Assembly: GCF_004010195.1 (NCBI RefSeq)
Contig: NC_057749.1
Coordinates: 11,038,841 to 11,102,840 of the forward strand
Length of the DNA stretch: 64,000 nt
Direction of reading: 5' to 3'
Source of the DNA: Chiloscyllium plagiosum
Taxonomy: Eukaryota
In this document: positions 34,965 through 46,379 of the stretch, piece after piece
Numbering within the stretch: the first letter of the stretch is position 1
How the letters are laid out: each line of letters begins with the position of its first letter
Program-made: the position numbers and the translations under genes
Notes under the pieces: generated by a model
Database searches by the model: none
What the model saw: the letters and a program-made list of their open reading frames with translations, nothing else
Told to the model about the DNA's origin: nothing

Positions 34965-36422
34965 GAATACAAAAGAGAAAGTGCTAGAAAAGCTAAAAGG
35001 TCTTAAAATTGATAAATCTCCTGACCCTGATGGGTTACATTCTAGAGTTCTGAGGGAGGTGGCTGAGGAAATAGCGGAGGCGTTGGTTGAGATCTTTCAA
35101 AAGTCACTGGAGTCCGGGAAAGTCCCAGATGATTGGAAGATCACTGTTGTAACCCCCTTGTTCAAGAAAGGATCAAGGCAAAAGATGGAAAATTATAGGC
35201 CAATTAGTCTAACCTCGGTTGTTGGTAAAATTCTAGAATCCATCATTAAGGATGAGGTTGCTAAATTCTTGGAAGAGCAGGGTCGGATTAGAACAAGTCA
35301 ACATGGATTTAGTAAGGGGAGGTCGGCCTGACAAGCCTGTTGAAGTTCTTTGAAGAGGTGACAAGTAGGTTAGACCGGGGAAACCCAGTGGATGTGGTCT
35401 ACCTAGACTTCCAAAAGGCCTTTGATAAGGTGCCACATGGGAGGCTGCTGAGCAAGGTGAGGGCCCATGGTGTTCAAGGTGAGCTACTGTTATGGATAGA
35501 GGATTGGCTGTCTGACAGGATGCAGAGAGTTGGGATAAAAGGTTCTTTTTCAGAATGGCAGCTGGTGACAAGCAGTGTCCCGCAGAGTTCAATGTTGGGG
35601 CCGCAGCTGTTCACATTATATATTAATGATCTGGATGTAGGGACTGGGGGCATTCTAGCTAAGTTTGCCGACGATACAAAGTTAGGTGGACAGGCAGGTA
35701 GTACTGAGGAAGTGGGGAGGCTGCAGAAGGATCTAGACAGTTTGGAGGAGTGGTCCAGGAAATGGTTGATGGAATTCAATGTGAGCAAATGCGAGGTCTT
35801 GCACTTTGGGAAAAAGAATAGAAGCATGGATTACTTTCTAAACGGTGTGAAAATTCATAAAGCCAAAGTACAGAGGGATCTGGGAGTGCCAGTTGAGGAT
35901 TCTCTAAAGGTAANNNNNNNNNNNNNNNNNNNNNNNNNNNNNNNNNNNNNNNNNNNNNNNNNNNNNNNNNNNNNNNNNNNNNNNNNNNNNNNNNNNNNNN
36001 NNNNNNNNNNNNNNNNNNNNNNNNNNNNNNNNNNNNNNNNNNNNNNNNNNNNNNNNNNNNNNNNNNNNNNNNNNNNNNNNNNNNNNNNNNNNNNNNNNNN
36101 NNNNNNNNNNNNNNNNNNNNNNNNNNNNNNNNNNNNNNNNNNNNNNNNNNNNNNNNNNNNNNNNNNNNNNNCATTTCTTCAGCCAGAGAGTGGTGGGCCT
36201 GTGGAATTCAATGCCACAGAGTGCAGTGGAGGCTGGGACGCTAAATGTCTTCAAGGCAGAAATTGATAAATTCTTGATGTCACAAGGAATTACGGGCAAC
36301 GGGGAGAATGCGGGTAAGTGGTGTTGAAATGCCCATCAGCCATGATTGAATGGTGGAGTGGACTCGATGGGCCGAATGGCCTTACTTCCACTCCTAAATC
36401 TTATGGCCTTATGGTCTTATGG
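34965..36422 (+). mobile_element. Younger 5'-truncated CR1 RT segment (contains assembly gap 35914-36171)
   Basis: Long open RT frames (NYRPISLTSVVGK, YLDFQKAFDKV, FADD) and a (cttatgg)n tail. Confidence 0.93.
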
Positions 36423-36884
36423 AATAGAGGAATATAAATTGCGTAAAACAAGAGATTTTTAGTATAGAAAGGCATAATGTGTTGACATATTGATGGGCCA
36501 AAGGGTTTGTTCCTGTGCTGTACTGTTCTTTGTTCTCAGTGAAAAATGACATGCTTTTAATAAATTTGTGCTAGTTGTTCTGGAATAACCTTCACATTTA
36601 CAAGACTCTGTAAAATATGAATTTGAACTTGAAGATTGTTCCCACTAATGGCAAGACTATTAACTTCTTGCATTATCACTTAGTTATTACTTTTTCAATA
36701 ATTTTTTATATTTCAGCATCTGTGGAGAGAGTTATCATTTCTGGTCCAGTAACCCTTCTTCAGAAAAAAAGTAATTGGAACCTATTACATAACATATACA
36801 GAACAGATTTAAATTTTCTGAAACAAATCTATGTTTGCATTTTTACTCCATGAGTCTCATCTCATTCCTTCTTCTTAACACAAA

Positions 36885-37670
36885 TACATGTGAGTCTATT
36901 CATTTTGATCAAAGAAATAGAAAGGTAACTTATTATCTAAGTGGAAAGAAACTTTAGAGTGTTTCAGTGCAGAGGAATCTGGGTGCCCTCATGAATGAAT
37001 CACAGAAAATTAGCATGCAGGCACAAGAGGTAATAAAGAAGGCAAATGGAGTGTTGACATTTATTGCAAAAAGAATAGAGTATAAAAGTAGGAACGTATT
37101 GCTACAACTGTACATGGTATCAGTGAGACTGCACTTGGACTATTATGTATAATTTTGGTCCCCTTATTTGAGGTAGTTGCATTAGAGGCATTTCAGAGAA
37201 GATTCACTAGATTGATTCCAGAGATGATAGGTTTGTCTTATGAAGACAGAGTTAGTAGGATAGATCTATAATTGTCAAGAACTTAGAAGAATGACAGGAA
37301 ATTTAACTGACATATAAGGTATGAAACGGTATTAACAAAGTAGAAGTCTGGAAGGTATTTCCTGTCTGGGGCAATCTAGAATGAGAGGTCATAGTGATTA
37401 GGATAGCAGATTTCAAACAGAGATGAGGAGAAATTATTTCTTTCAAAGTGTTGTGAACCTGTGGAATTCACTACTCCAGAGTGCAGTTAATAGTGTGGCA
37501 TTGAGTAAATTTAAGGTGATTGTTAATTAGTAAAGGGTTGAAGGTATATGGGGAGTAGACAGGTAAGTGGAGTTGAGGATGAGATGAGATTAAGCATGAC
37601 AGCATTGAATGGGTTAGTAAGCTCAACAGTCTGATTTGCCTGGCCCTGCTCCTAGTTCTTCTGTTATGTG
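36885..37670 (+). mobile_element. Old CR1 3' fragment
   Basis: QRNLG..., IEYKS and VRLHLDYYV remnants. Confidence 0.8.
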
Positions 37671-37746
37671 CAGCATTTTAACATATCCTTTGAAAATGTT
37701 TTCTCTTTTGAACTAGTCTGGCTTCTTTTCAAAAGCGTCTAGAGTA

Positions 37747-37975
37747 TAGGTTGTTCTGGTATTATGTGTGTTTCAACAACACAAATTGGCTATAGTGCAA
37801 CTGACAAATTGAGGATGCTGTTTGGATAACACAAACTTTCAGCTGTTTGGTATAGCAATTTTCCATAGCAATCTTCTACAGCGTGATTTTCTATAGTGGT
37901 TTTCAATAGCACTATTTTCTATAGTGCAAGATTGCAGAGAAACGCAACTGTTGTGTTATTCCAGAATGGACTCCC
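37747..37975. mobile_element. Degenerate MITE, related to 40747-40942
   Basis: Similar left terminus after a TA, and internal short ttttctatag repeats. Confidence 0.5.
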
Positions 37976-39332
37976 ATTTGCTTCATTTACCTTCTTTGGT
38001 AGCAAGTTCAGTTTCCTAATTACTTTCTGAGGAAGAAACTTCCCTTTATTTTCTTATCAGATTTAGTAGTAATTATCTTCTGTTGATGGACCTTTGTTTG
38101 AATTTTCCCCACACGTGCCAACGTTTTCATCGTATCTCTCCTGTCTAACTTAGTTGAAACAGTAAAGACCTTATCAAGTCATTCCAAACTTTTAATGTCT
38201 TAGTTCTAGAACTAGTCTTGACAATCTTTCTGACACATTTCTAAAAGATGACATCAAATTTTGCAAGAAGAATGTAAAATTCCTCAGTAAAAATGGTTTT
38301 AAAATGCAAAAGGAAATAAATCCATAATATTTTGTTTAACTGGTAAGCCAGGAAATATTTTCTTTTCATTTTTAATGGTTTCCTTCATCATCATTAGAAG
38401 TCAATGAAAAAGATCCTTCAAAGGTCTCATTCCAATCTTTCCCTATATTTGCAACAACAATGTAGAAGTAATTTAATAGAATGGTTTTCCCAGTAAGATA
38501 ATATACACTTACCAAGATACTATAAGTTTCACTATCATTGCATTCCTCCCCAGTGGCCTCAGGGTGTGATTCAAAACCTAAACTTTCAAGGGCTGCACAA
38601 CTATTCAGCAGACAACAGCAACACGCATTCATATAAGCACCAAAGAACCATAATCAGACAGATAGTGACACTGAAACAAGGGAACAAATGAGGAATGCTT
38701 GAAAAGCTTGGCAGAAGTAAATTTTGAGGAAAGCCTCGAAAGCAGGAAAGGGTGTTCAGTCTGAGAGATTATGAAACAATCCAAGTTATTCTGAAAGATC
38801 CACCACCTGCTGCAAAACATTCCCACTTTCAGTAGGAGCAGAGAATCCATTCTTATAAAAAGTATAATAAATAAAGCAAACAAGCACAATGAAACTTGCA
38901 AAGAAATTTAAGGCTTGTGTAACAAAGTATTTGAACTCGGTACATGATAAATTGAAATCATACAACTTGAAACACCAGTTATAACAAAGTTGCCAAGCTA
39001 CTTTCTCCACCAGAATAGGAAATCTAATTAAAGGAATGCCTGAGATAAGTTAAAATTCTGGACTGGTAACTCCATGTTGGCTAAACTTGTATCAGCTTGA
39101 TAAATAGCTACACCATCAATTGAAACAGAGTGCTGCAATGAAAAAGCACTGGCAAGACATTATTCGACAGGAGATGTCTCGGTGAAACTTAAAGCATGGT
39201 TGAATGGTGCAATGATCCTGAAGAGGATACCTGCCTGCTTATCCATCTATTTTCCAAGTTAAAATTGCAAAGGCTGTATAGGTGCTTCAAGATTTTCATT
39301 GCAGCGATAACATGGCAGACTGTATCACACTC

Positions 39333-40337
39333 AGGTAAAAACAATGACTGTAGATGCTGGAAACCAGATTCTGGAATATGGTGCTGGAAGAGCACATCAG
39401 TTCAGGCAGCATCCAAGGAGCAGTGAAATCGACGTTTCGGGCAAAAGGCCTTCATCAGGAATAAAGGCAGTGAGCCTGAAGCGTGGAGAGATAAGCTAGA
39501 GGAGGGTGGGGGTNNNNNNNNNNNNNNNNNNNNNNNNNNNNNNNNNNNNNNNNNNNNNNNNNNNNNNNNNNNNNNNNNNNNNNNNNNNNNNNNNNNNNNN
39601 NNNNNNNNNNNNNNNNNNNNNNNNNNNNNNNNNNNNNNNNNNNNNNNNNNNNNNNNNNNNNNNNNNNNNNNNNNNNNNNNNNNNNNNNNNNNNNNNNNNN
39701 NNNNNNNNNNNNNNNNNNNNNNNNNNNNNNNNNNNNNNNNNNNNNNNNNNNNNNNNNNNNNNNNNNNNNNNNNNNNNNNNNNNNNNNNNNNNNNNNNNNN
39801 NNNNNNNNNNNNNNNNNNNNNNNNNNNNNNNNNNNNNNNNNNNNNNNNNNNNNNNNNNNNNNNNNNNNNNNNNNNNNNNNNNNNNNNGGTGCCAGGATGG
39901 GAGGGTGGGTTGTAGGGGGTCGTGGACCTGACCAGGTTGTCACGAAGTGAACGGTCTTTGCGGAAGGCGGAAAGGTGTGGGGAGGGAAATATATCCCTGG
40001 TGGTGGTGGGGTCTGTTTGGAGGTGGTGGAAATGTCGGCGGATGATTTGGTTTATGCGAAGGTTGGTAGGGTGGAAGGTGAGCACCAGGAGCGTTCTGTC
40101 CTTGTTATGGTTGGAGGGGTGGGGTCTGAGGGCGGAGGTGCGGGATGTGGACGAGATGCATTGGAGGGCATCTTTAACCACGTGGGAAGGGAAATTGCGG
40201 TCTCTAAAGAAGGAGGCCATCTGATGTGTTCTGTGGTAGAACTGGTCCTCTTGGGAGCAGATACGGCGGAGGCGGAGGAATTGGTAATACGGGATGGCAT
40301 TTTTGCAAGAGGTAGGGTGGGAAGAGGTGTAATCCAT
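39333..40337 (-). mobile_element. Penelope-like element, RT C-terminus/linker plus 3' terminus with hammerhead at 39429-39460 (gap 39514-39887)
   Basis: DYTSSHP...NAIPYYQFLRLRRICS...LVLTFHP...AFRKDRSLRDNLVRS, then CUGAUGA-A-GGCC(uuuu)GCCC-GAAAC-GUC. Confidence 0.88.
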
Positions 40338-40371
40338 CCATTTTGTGGAGGTGCCAGAGTTGAACTGGGAT

Positions 40372-40525
40372 GGATAAGGTCAGAAGTCACATGACACCAA
40401 GTTGTAGTCCAACAGGTTTATTTGAAATCACAATTTGAATTTTCATCTGATGAAGGAACAGCACTCTGATTTCAAATAAATCTGGTGGACTATAACCTGG
40501 TGCCATGTGACTTCTGACCTTGTCC
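40372..40525. mobile_element. Short fold-back PLE derivative with partly deleted hammerhead
   Basis: Arms of ~57 bp (ggataaggtcagaagtcacatg...gaaatca / tgatttc...gaccttgtcc) around ctgatgaaggaacagcactc. Confidence 0.7.
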
Positions 40526-40746
40526 TTCACCCAAAGACAGAGCACTAAGCAGAAAAATATTATGATTTTTTTTCCAAAGCTTATTCCTATAATTTTTCAA
40601 TGAGTTTTACTTTATAGGGTCAAGCCACTGTGAGATGTGAACAAATTTAAGACAGTTTTTCAGTTATTTGTCACTGTGTTTTCCTTTTTTTGGCATCGAG
40701 TGCACTTCCAGGCAATAACTGGGTTGCATAGGGGCCTTTTTAGCTA

Positions 40747-40942
40747 CAGTTCATTCTCCTATAATATGCGTTTTGTTAATGCAAATTCACTGTAACGCAA
40801 TTGATGAGTTGGGAACACTAAAGTGCAAACTTTTAAAACATGTGCTGACTGTAACGTGATTACATCGCCAACATTTTAAGAGCTTTTTTTAAAGCACGAC
40901 TTTTCCATAACACAGAGCTGTACATTATAGAAGAACTACCTG
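40747..40942. mobile_element. Tc1/mariner-type MITE
   Basis: TA|cagttcattctcctataat ... attatagaagaactacctg|TA: imperfect TIRs with a TA duplication. Confidence 0.7.
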
Positions 40943-41554
40943 TATCTCAAAACTCTTCCTAATACAAATTTATGGAGAGACCTCCTATGATTCAACTCAT
41001 CATAATTTTACTGTTGGTTGAGGCAAGGAACATTCCAGACAAAATTAACTTAGGTCAGAAAGTAGAGAACAATTGTGTGAAAGATAAACTCAGTAAATCG
41101 ATCACCTGGAACATAGAATATTGAGGTCAGTGATAGACACTGTGATATGGAAGGAATATTGGAAATACAAAAAGTCATCGGATTCAAAACATTAACTCTA
41201 TTTCTCTCTCCACAGAAGTTGCCAGACCTGCTGAGTTTCTGCTTCTATATCAGTAACATGATTGGCTCCAGAGTATAGCAACCAGAAAAAAGTGGCGGAA
41301 TATCTTATAGGAAGAATATATGAGTGAAGAGAAAAGAGATGGTCATATGCAAAAGCCTATGTGTTAGGAATACCAAGCAGAAAAATTAAGTTGACCCTGT
41401 GGAAGGTTGCAAGTAACATAATGAACATCATTCAAATGAAGAATAATTCAAGTACTACGACACTGTTCCTCTTTGGAGGTGGAAAGCAAATTGTCTTATA
41501 GAAATTTAAATGGGGATGTGAGAATAAGGAAATTATCTTTATGGGAATTGTTTT

Positions 41555-41886
41555 TAGAAAAGTACAGCACAGAACTGCCCTTTGGCCCACAATGTTGTAA
41601 CGAGGTTTAGTCCTAATATAAAAGATAATAAGTTAACCTACGCACCCCCAAATCACTGCTATCCACGTGCATGTCCAGCAGTCGCTAAATGTCCCTAAAG
41701 ACTCTGCTTCCACCACCACCGCTGGCAATGCATTCCATGCATTCACAACTCTGCGTAAAGAACCTACCTCTATACCTTTCTGCTAATATCTTAAAACTAT
41801 GACCCCTCGTACCAGTCAATCCTGCCCTGGGGAAAAGTCTATAGCTATTGACTCTATCTATTCCTCTCATTATCTTGTATATCTCA
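41555..41886 (-). mobile_element. CR1 3' end
   Basis: EIYKIMRGIDRV...FFTQ on the minus strand plus the family 3' UTR. Confidence 0.88.
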
Positions 41887-41997
41887 ACAACCAAAGATAA
41901 TGTATGAAAATTTCATACTCTTAATAAAGAGCGCTGGCAAATGTAATCCATGATTCCTTTATGTTCAGTATTTTAGGAAAACCAAAAGTAAATTTAC

Positions 41998-42141
41998 CAC
42001 AGATTCAATGCGATTCCGTCTGAGATTTAGTTCTGTCAGTGAATCAAGACCACTCATGTTTTCAACATGAACGATGAAATTACCCGCAAGGTTAAGCACT
42101 CGAAGTTCAGTTAAATGATTGATATTTTCCATCCTACAGAT
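41998..42141 (-). CDS. LRRC49: LRRC49 internal coding exon (144 nt), ICRMENINHLTELRVLNLAGNFIVHVENMSGLDSLTELNLRRNRIESV
   Basis: Minus strand reads tctttgtctttgtttacag|ATC...GTG|gtaaat. It has 48 codons with no stop, two LRR units and phase 0-0, and resembles recalled LRRC49 (ITKIENINHLCELRVLNLARNFLSHVDNLNGLDSLTELNLRHNQITFV). Confidence 0.95.
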
Positions 42142-42422
42142 CTGTAAACAAAGACAAAGACAATCTTAATATTAACACTGATTTTTACATTTTGCAAAAA
42201 TATTTAAAACTGAAAGTAAAATGCTTGCTTTTCCACAGAAAGAAAAATGTGAAACATTATAAAAGAAACCAGAACCATTGGTGCATTGCCAATCTGAAAA
42301 TGTAAAAAAACTGAACATGAAAACAATCACAAGAGTTGGTTTTTCAATCCCGTATCTTATTTCAAAACTGATCAGATTACTCAACGTGCTATGAATTCAT
42401 GTTCATTAATTCAGGTCTAACT

Positions 42423-42593
42423 TGGAAGCAGAATCATTAGGGAAATATAAGTGACTGCTGGACAGGCACATAGAAAGCAGTGAGTTAAGGGGTGCGTAGG
42501 TTAAGTTATTATATTTTACATTAGGATTAAACCTCGGCACAACATCGTGGGCCAAATGGCCTGTTCTGTGCTGTACTTTTCTATATTCTATGT
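42423..42593 (+). mobile_element. CR1 3' tail, same subfamily as 41555-41886 in inverted orientation
   Basis: Direct reverse-complement match to 41555-41712. Confidence 0.88.
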
Positions 42594-43149
42594 TAAACAA
42601 TGGTGTGTATAATACAAGACAAAACAAAGCTCTTAGTCCTTAATGAAACATCTCAATATTCTAGCAGGTATCAAACTTTCAAAGGCATCCATCAGGCCAG
42701 GCCCAAAGGTAACAGACTTTAAGTTTACTTGATTCCTCATAAAGTCAATCAGCCAAAAATCAATTTTCCACTTACAGCATTGGCTTTTCCACATAGGAAT
42801 CAACCTCTGCATAAAGAGGTTGTATCTCAACAGACTCTCTGAAAAGCAATCACTTTTTTCGCTATTTCACTGATCAAATTGAATACCTGTGAACTTGCAC
42901 CATTATACTTGCTGCCGAAAAGAATCTATTATTTCTCATGTCCATGCTAGCCTCAGCAACACCCCCAACAGGAAACAAACTCATGCGCAGAGGACATCCA
43001 GTTGTACTTTACTAATATCCTTCTTAACTCTTCTGTTATTGCTAAATTATCAAATTACAGAAATGTTCTCCTGTTGAAGTAATTGGTTTTAGTCTTCACA
43101 TCAAATGCTGTTCACAAGTTCTATTCAACTCTTCTCCACTGGCAACAGT

Positions 43150-43812
43150 TTGAGACTAAACCAAACTGTTTGTCACCTTAGTGCCATATCTGATACACAA
43201 GGCGAATGAGGCCTAACCTCCCCCGACACACCATCACTTTGTCCATTTGCAATTATGTAACAATTGCCTGTCTTCATCCCTGTCTCAGCCCAACTGCTGC
43301 CAAAAGCCTCATTAAGATCTTTGTTAACTGTAGACTTGATAATTCCAATGCATTCCTATCTAGACTCCCATATTCCACTCCCATAACCTCATCTCAAACT
43401 CTGCTGCCCATGTCCGAACTCATAACAAGTTCTGATCACTTAACAATCTCACAATTTGTATTGGCTTGCAGTAAAGCGATGTCTTGATTCTAAAATTCTC
43501 TTTCTTATTTTCAAATTCCTATCTCTGTAGTCTCTTCCAACTCCACAGCCCTCTAAGATATATGGACTAACCAGGTTCTGGCCTGTTATGCACTCCAAAT
43601 TATAATTGCTGCACATTCAAGGCTGTGCCTTCAAGAACCAAAGCTGAAGTCCCCTCCGTTAAGCTCTCTATCTTGTTTTCCTCGTTCTAAGGCATTTCCT
43701 GAAACCACTTCTTTGGTTGTCTTACTTAATATCTTCTTACATGGCTAGCAATCATATTTTGCTCACTAATGATCCTGTGAAGCACTATGGGACATGTTAT
43801 TGCATTAAATAT
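43150..43812 (+). mobile_element. L2-like LINE 3' fragment
   Basis: CRLDNSNAFL (RLDY-N motif) and a cctgtgaagcactatgggacatgtt tail. Confidence 0.65.
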
Positions 43813-43846
43813 GAACTTTCGCTCAATAATGACACTTGTACCATAC

Positions 43847-43913
43847 CTGATTTGCATGCAGGTCCAAAACATCAAGATCAGTGAGACTCTCCAGATTAGA
43901 AATGTTCTTGATT
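43847..43913 (-). CDS. LRRC49: LRRC49 internal coding exon (67 nt), (R)IKNISNLESLTDLDVLDLHANQ
   Basis: Minus strand reads ttgtttctgttgtactacag|A ATC AAG ... AAT CAG|gtatgg. The peptide fits the LRR consensus and closely resembles vertebrate LRRC49 as I recall it (IKKISNLENLKSLDVLDLHGNQ). It ends in phase 0 and joins the next exon in frame. Confidence 0.93.
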
Positions 43914-45714
43914 CTGTAGTACAACAGAAACAAATTTAGAAATCATTTTCCAGGGAAAATTGAGAAAATACAAACTCCACACATTTCCATTAGACACAAT
44001 TATAGAGAATTTTACAGCTTTCTACCCCTCTTCGGCTGAAGCACTGATTCTTATTGGTGTTCGGTCCTTGTTGCTAGTTACCCTTTAGCGTCAACCTTAT
44101 ATGCCAATGCAGTGAAAACAATTTGCATCATTGACAGATCAGCTAAGAAACTCCAGGAGATTCTGAACAGTTCAGAATGGAGAAAAAAAGCAACTCAAGT
44201 TGTCCAAGCTACAACAGAACCAGAAATACACCCAGCAAGGTAACTCACCAGATAGACAAGTTCAACGTGGAGTAATAGCACAATTTACTACATTAAAGGC
44301 AGTAAATAAAACATACAGTAACTGTTATTCACTGCTTCCCTGAAGCCTAAGAAGCTGACAGTTTTTGACTTTATCGCAAGATAGTCTAAGCAAAGAGCAA
44401 TCACTACATCATATATTAACTACCCTGAAATATGAAACTGGATATAGGAAGGTAGAACTTTACAGAAGATCACAAAGATGGGCATCAGATAGAGTGGTAG
44501 ATAGAGATAGAAATTGTGACTGAAGTGCTCGTTTAAGAAGGACTCCACTTCAAAGGATACTGGCACTAGTGCTGAGACAGGAAGAAACTGTACCTAATGG
44601 ATGTTCTCCTGAACTAGGATAGGAACCATTTCCCAGCAAAAAAGATGAAAGGATAGTGGCATTGGTTTTAAATTAATATGTAGGAATTAACAGGAAACAT
44701 CAGCATTCTAACTTAACAAATGACGATTATGCCAATTTTGAACTCTGCCTCTAAAGTGAATCAAGGCAGAATCATTGAATATTTTTCGACATAAGTGCAC
44801 AGATTCTTGTTGTGCAGGGAATCAAAGGTTATTGGAGTAAATGGGATGTGGAATTCAAAACACAAACAAATCAGCCATGATCTTATCAAACTGCGGAACT
44901 GGTTTGAAGGGTCGAATGACCTACTTCTGATCCTAACTCATGTAGGATTTATTTGCTGACAACAACAGTTCAAACAATCCAACAACTGTACACATGCACA
45001 CACCTGTGTAGTACTGTGCAGATTTTCAAAAATTAAAATTCCATTTTAATTTAAACTTCATTTAATTACTCTTAGATGTCACTTCAGTCATCTTTCGGTA
45101 TTTAATACTTTCAAAAAGTATAGTTATGAGAGGTATCACTGCTGGTATGTATGCCCCTGGGTGTCAGCAAGGGGAACCATTCACATTTATGCAAATTAAT
45201 AAAGGAAATTAATGGTGGGATAAAAATTTTCAATAGCAGTGAGCAGTATTCTTAACAAAACTGGGGTGCTGAATACAACCACGTTTTGGGAGGAACCACA
45301 TATAGAGGGAAGCAGTGGCAATGTCACTGGACCAGTAATCCAGAGGACATGGGTTCAAATCCCACCATGGAGCTACTAATATCTGAATTCAATTAATATA
45401 TCTGCAATTCAAAGCTTGTCCAAATGATGATCATGAAACTAGTAAAATACTATATGGTTTATTAACGCCTTTAGGCCAAGCTTACCTGGTCTGGTCTACA
45501 CATATCTCCAGACTCACAGCAATGTGATTGACTATTACATCCTTTGAAATGGCCCAGCAGTCCACTCAGTTGAACTGAACTACTACAAAGTCTAAGAAAA
45601 GGCATGAAGCTGAATGGACCATCCAGCATCAACCTAAGCAGCGAAAGCAATAACAGTAAAATTAGCCCTGTCAAACTTGCAAAGCCCTCCTCACTAACAC
45701 CTGGGAGGTTGTAC

Positions 45715-46378
45715 AATCTCTTAAGGTAAACTTGCAGGTTGAGCTAGTAGTTAGGAAGGCAAATCCAATGTTGCCATTCATCTCAAGAGGACTAGAATAT
45801 AAAAGCAAGGATATACTTTTGAGGCTTTATAAGGCTCTGGTGAGACCACATTTAGAGTATAGTCAGCAATTTTGGGACCCATACCTCAGGAAAGACAACT
45901 GGCTGTGGAGCAGGTCTAGAGGGGTTCACAAGAATGACCCCAGAAATGAAAAGGCTTAACATATGAGGAATGTTTGAAGACTCTGGGACTATACTCGATG
46001 GAGTTTGGAAGGATCACAGAATACTGAATGGCCTTGCCAGAGTGGACATTGGGAAGGTGTTTCCATTGGCAGGAGAGATGAGGACCAGAGGGCACAGCCT
46101 TAGGGTAAAGGGAAGACCCTTTAGAATGGAGATAAGGAGAAACTTCTTTAGCCAGAGAGTGGTAAATCTGTGGAATTCATTTCCACAGAAGGTTATGGAG
46201 GCCAGGTCATTGAGTATATTTAAAATGGAGATAGATAAGTTCTTGACTGCCAAGGAGATCAAAGGTTACAGGGAGAAAGTGGGAAAATGGGGTTGAGAAA
46301 CCTATCAGCCATGACTGAATGGCAGAGCAGACTCGATGGGCCGAATGGCCTAATTTCTGCTCCTATGCCATATGGTCT
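45715..46378 (+). mobile_element. CR1 3' fragment
   Basis: LVRPHLEYSQQFW, RTRGHSLRV and RRNFFSQRVVNLWNS. Confidence 0.9.
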
Positions 46379-46379
46379 A

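Noticed and set aside
35340..36266. 308-aa ORF, and the 311-aa ORF at 39402-40337, as host genes
   Set aside because: They are CR1 RT and Penelope ORF fragments, and their lengths are inflated by N gaps.
36730..36768. Additional hammerhead-like motif (ctgaagaagggttactggaccagaaatg, minus strand) and similar relics near 23620, 28700 and 41180
   Set aside because: Too degenerate (broken stem II or III, or missing triplet) to call as ribozymes. They are probably old PLE termini.
38513..38577. Possible minus-strand exon ending in a strong TTG|gtaagt donor
   Set aside because: The acceptor is weak, there is no LRR similarity, and the flanking LRRC49 exons already join in frame.
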